Source of the DNA: Eledone cirrhosa
Taxonomy: Eukaryota
Length of the DNA: 64,000 nt
NCBI GenBank assembly: GCA_964016885.1
Contig: OZ024741.1
Coordinates: 294,686,001 to 294,750,000 of the forward strand
Reading direction: 5' to 3'
Shown: positions 62,885 through 64,000 of the stretch, piece after piece
Layout of the letters: every line of letters starts with the position of its first letter
How positions within the stretch are numbered: position 1 is the stretch's first letter
Made by a program: the position numbers and the translations under genes
Notes under the pieces: model-generated
Told to the model about the DNA's origin: nothing
The model's input: the letters and a program-made list of their open reading frames with translations, nothing else
Databases searched by the model: none

Positions 62885-63634
62885 CTGAAATTCATTAAAT
62901 TAAGGTCTGTGAAACTGATGATTTGGTATATTATATATTATGTAGAAGGAATCTTTCAGTACAAAGATAATTATTTGATTATCAGCACTGAAGCACATAT
63001 TGTACAATTTCTATCAGCATTGCTTAAACCACTTAAGTAACAAATTCTACTAATTTTACTATTGTAAATGAAGGCTAATAATATTCACATGAATATTGCC
63101 TGAACATGTAGTTTTTGCTGAATATGAATTTGTTAGTAAAAAAAAAAAAGCAATATAAATTCATTGCTATCTTAAAATAAATGTCTAGGAAAGTAGATGA
63201 CAAAATTCAAAATGCTTTTGTGTGAGTGTATGAATGAATGTATGCTTACTAGAATACAAGAAGTAAGATAAGACATGTAATTTAATAAATAAAACTTTTG
63301 TTGTTAAAAAGACTTCACATGTCATCTTCAGTAATATGTTTCAACCATATTGTCTCTGTTTTTTGGAATGTTTTAAAAGTTGTTCTAGAAAGAAAATTTA
63401 AACACAATATAAAATAATTTCATTTTAAAAGAAAATTTCATCAACTGTTCGTAAATGTCTCTTGAGTACTATTTAATATTTTTTTCTTTTATTAAATGAC
63501 AAATGATGCGAAGTTAAGGACAATTGAAATGAACACTGAAGACAATTATTCCAAAATCATTATATAGTCAGAGACATGAATCTGGGAGAACAAATTAAAT
63601 TAATTTCTTAAACAAATGAATTCAACATGCTCCA

Positions 63635-63926
63635 ATGTGAAGGCATGTGGCTTAGTGGTGAGGGTGTTGGACTGAAGATCATAATGTTGTGTTTGATTCC
63701 TGGAGTGGGTTGTGTGTTGTGTTCTTGAGCAAAACACTCCATTTTATGTTACTCCAGTATACTCAGCTGAAAATGAGTACCAGCAGCAATTACTGGGGGT
63801 TTAACCCTACAATGGACTGACATCCTGTCCTGGTGGGTGAAGGTGGGGGCATGTTATCTCAGTTGCTTCACACCATGGAAACTGGAATAAACTTTGATCT
63901 GATGAACCTCCGGGCTTGAGACAGAC
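63635..63926 (+). mobile_element. V-domain-like tRNA SINE
   Basis: Matches 50623-50905 and 2548-2856. Confidence 0.8.
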
Positions 63927-64000
63927 ATGCTCCATTGGATGTGTAATGTTAGTGTGCATAAATACTGAAGCACAGATGAGTTAAGAGAAAAAAATTATAT

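Overview
AT-rich, microsatellite-dense eukaryotic DNA with no recognisable intact host gene. The repeat content (Meta-domain, V-domain and CORE-like tRNA SINEs; (GAT)n-tailed RTE LINEs; TTAA-flanked MITEs) resembles a coleoid cephalopod, probably an octopus; this is an inference. The window looks like a very long intron or intergenic tract. All long ORFs belong to transposons: a 5'-truncated Tx1/L1 LINE (5.1-7.3 kb, -), two young inverted RTE copies (20.0-23.1 kb - and 37.4-39.7 kb +), a related RTE end (58.3-59.2 kb), a CRE-type endonuclease fragment (41.7 kb) and a decayed Ty3/Gypsy pol (52.1-52.8 kb). Most notable observations: (i) a ~1.25 kb near-perfect inverted repeat of Penelope type with a minimal hammerhead ribozyme in one arm and a precise deletion of its core in the other; (ii) a candidate recursive splice site (AG|GTAAGT plus an 80-nt stop-containing exon) at 29950; (iii) a PHD finger and a shared frameshift in both young RTE copies; (iv) SINE insertions whose TSDs begin with ATTAT; (v) several unexplained large foldbacks. 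All coordinates were read by eye and boundaries of decayed elements are approximate.
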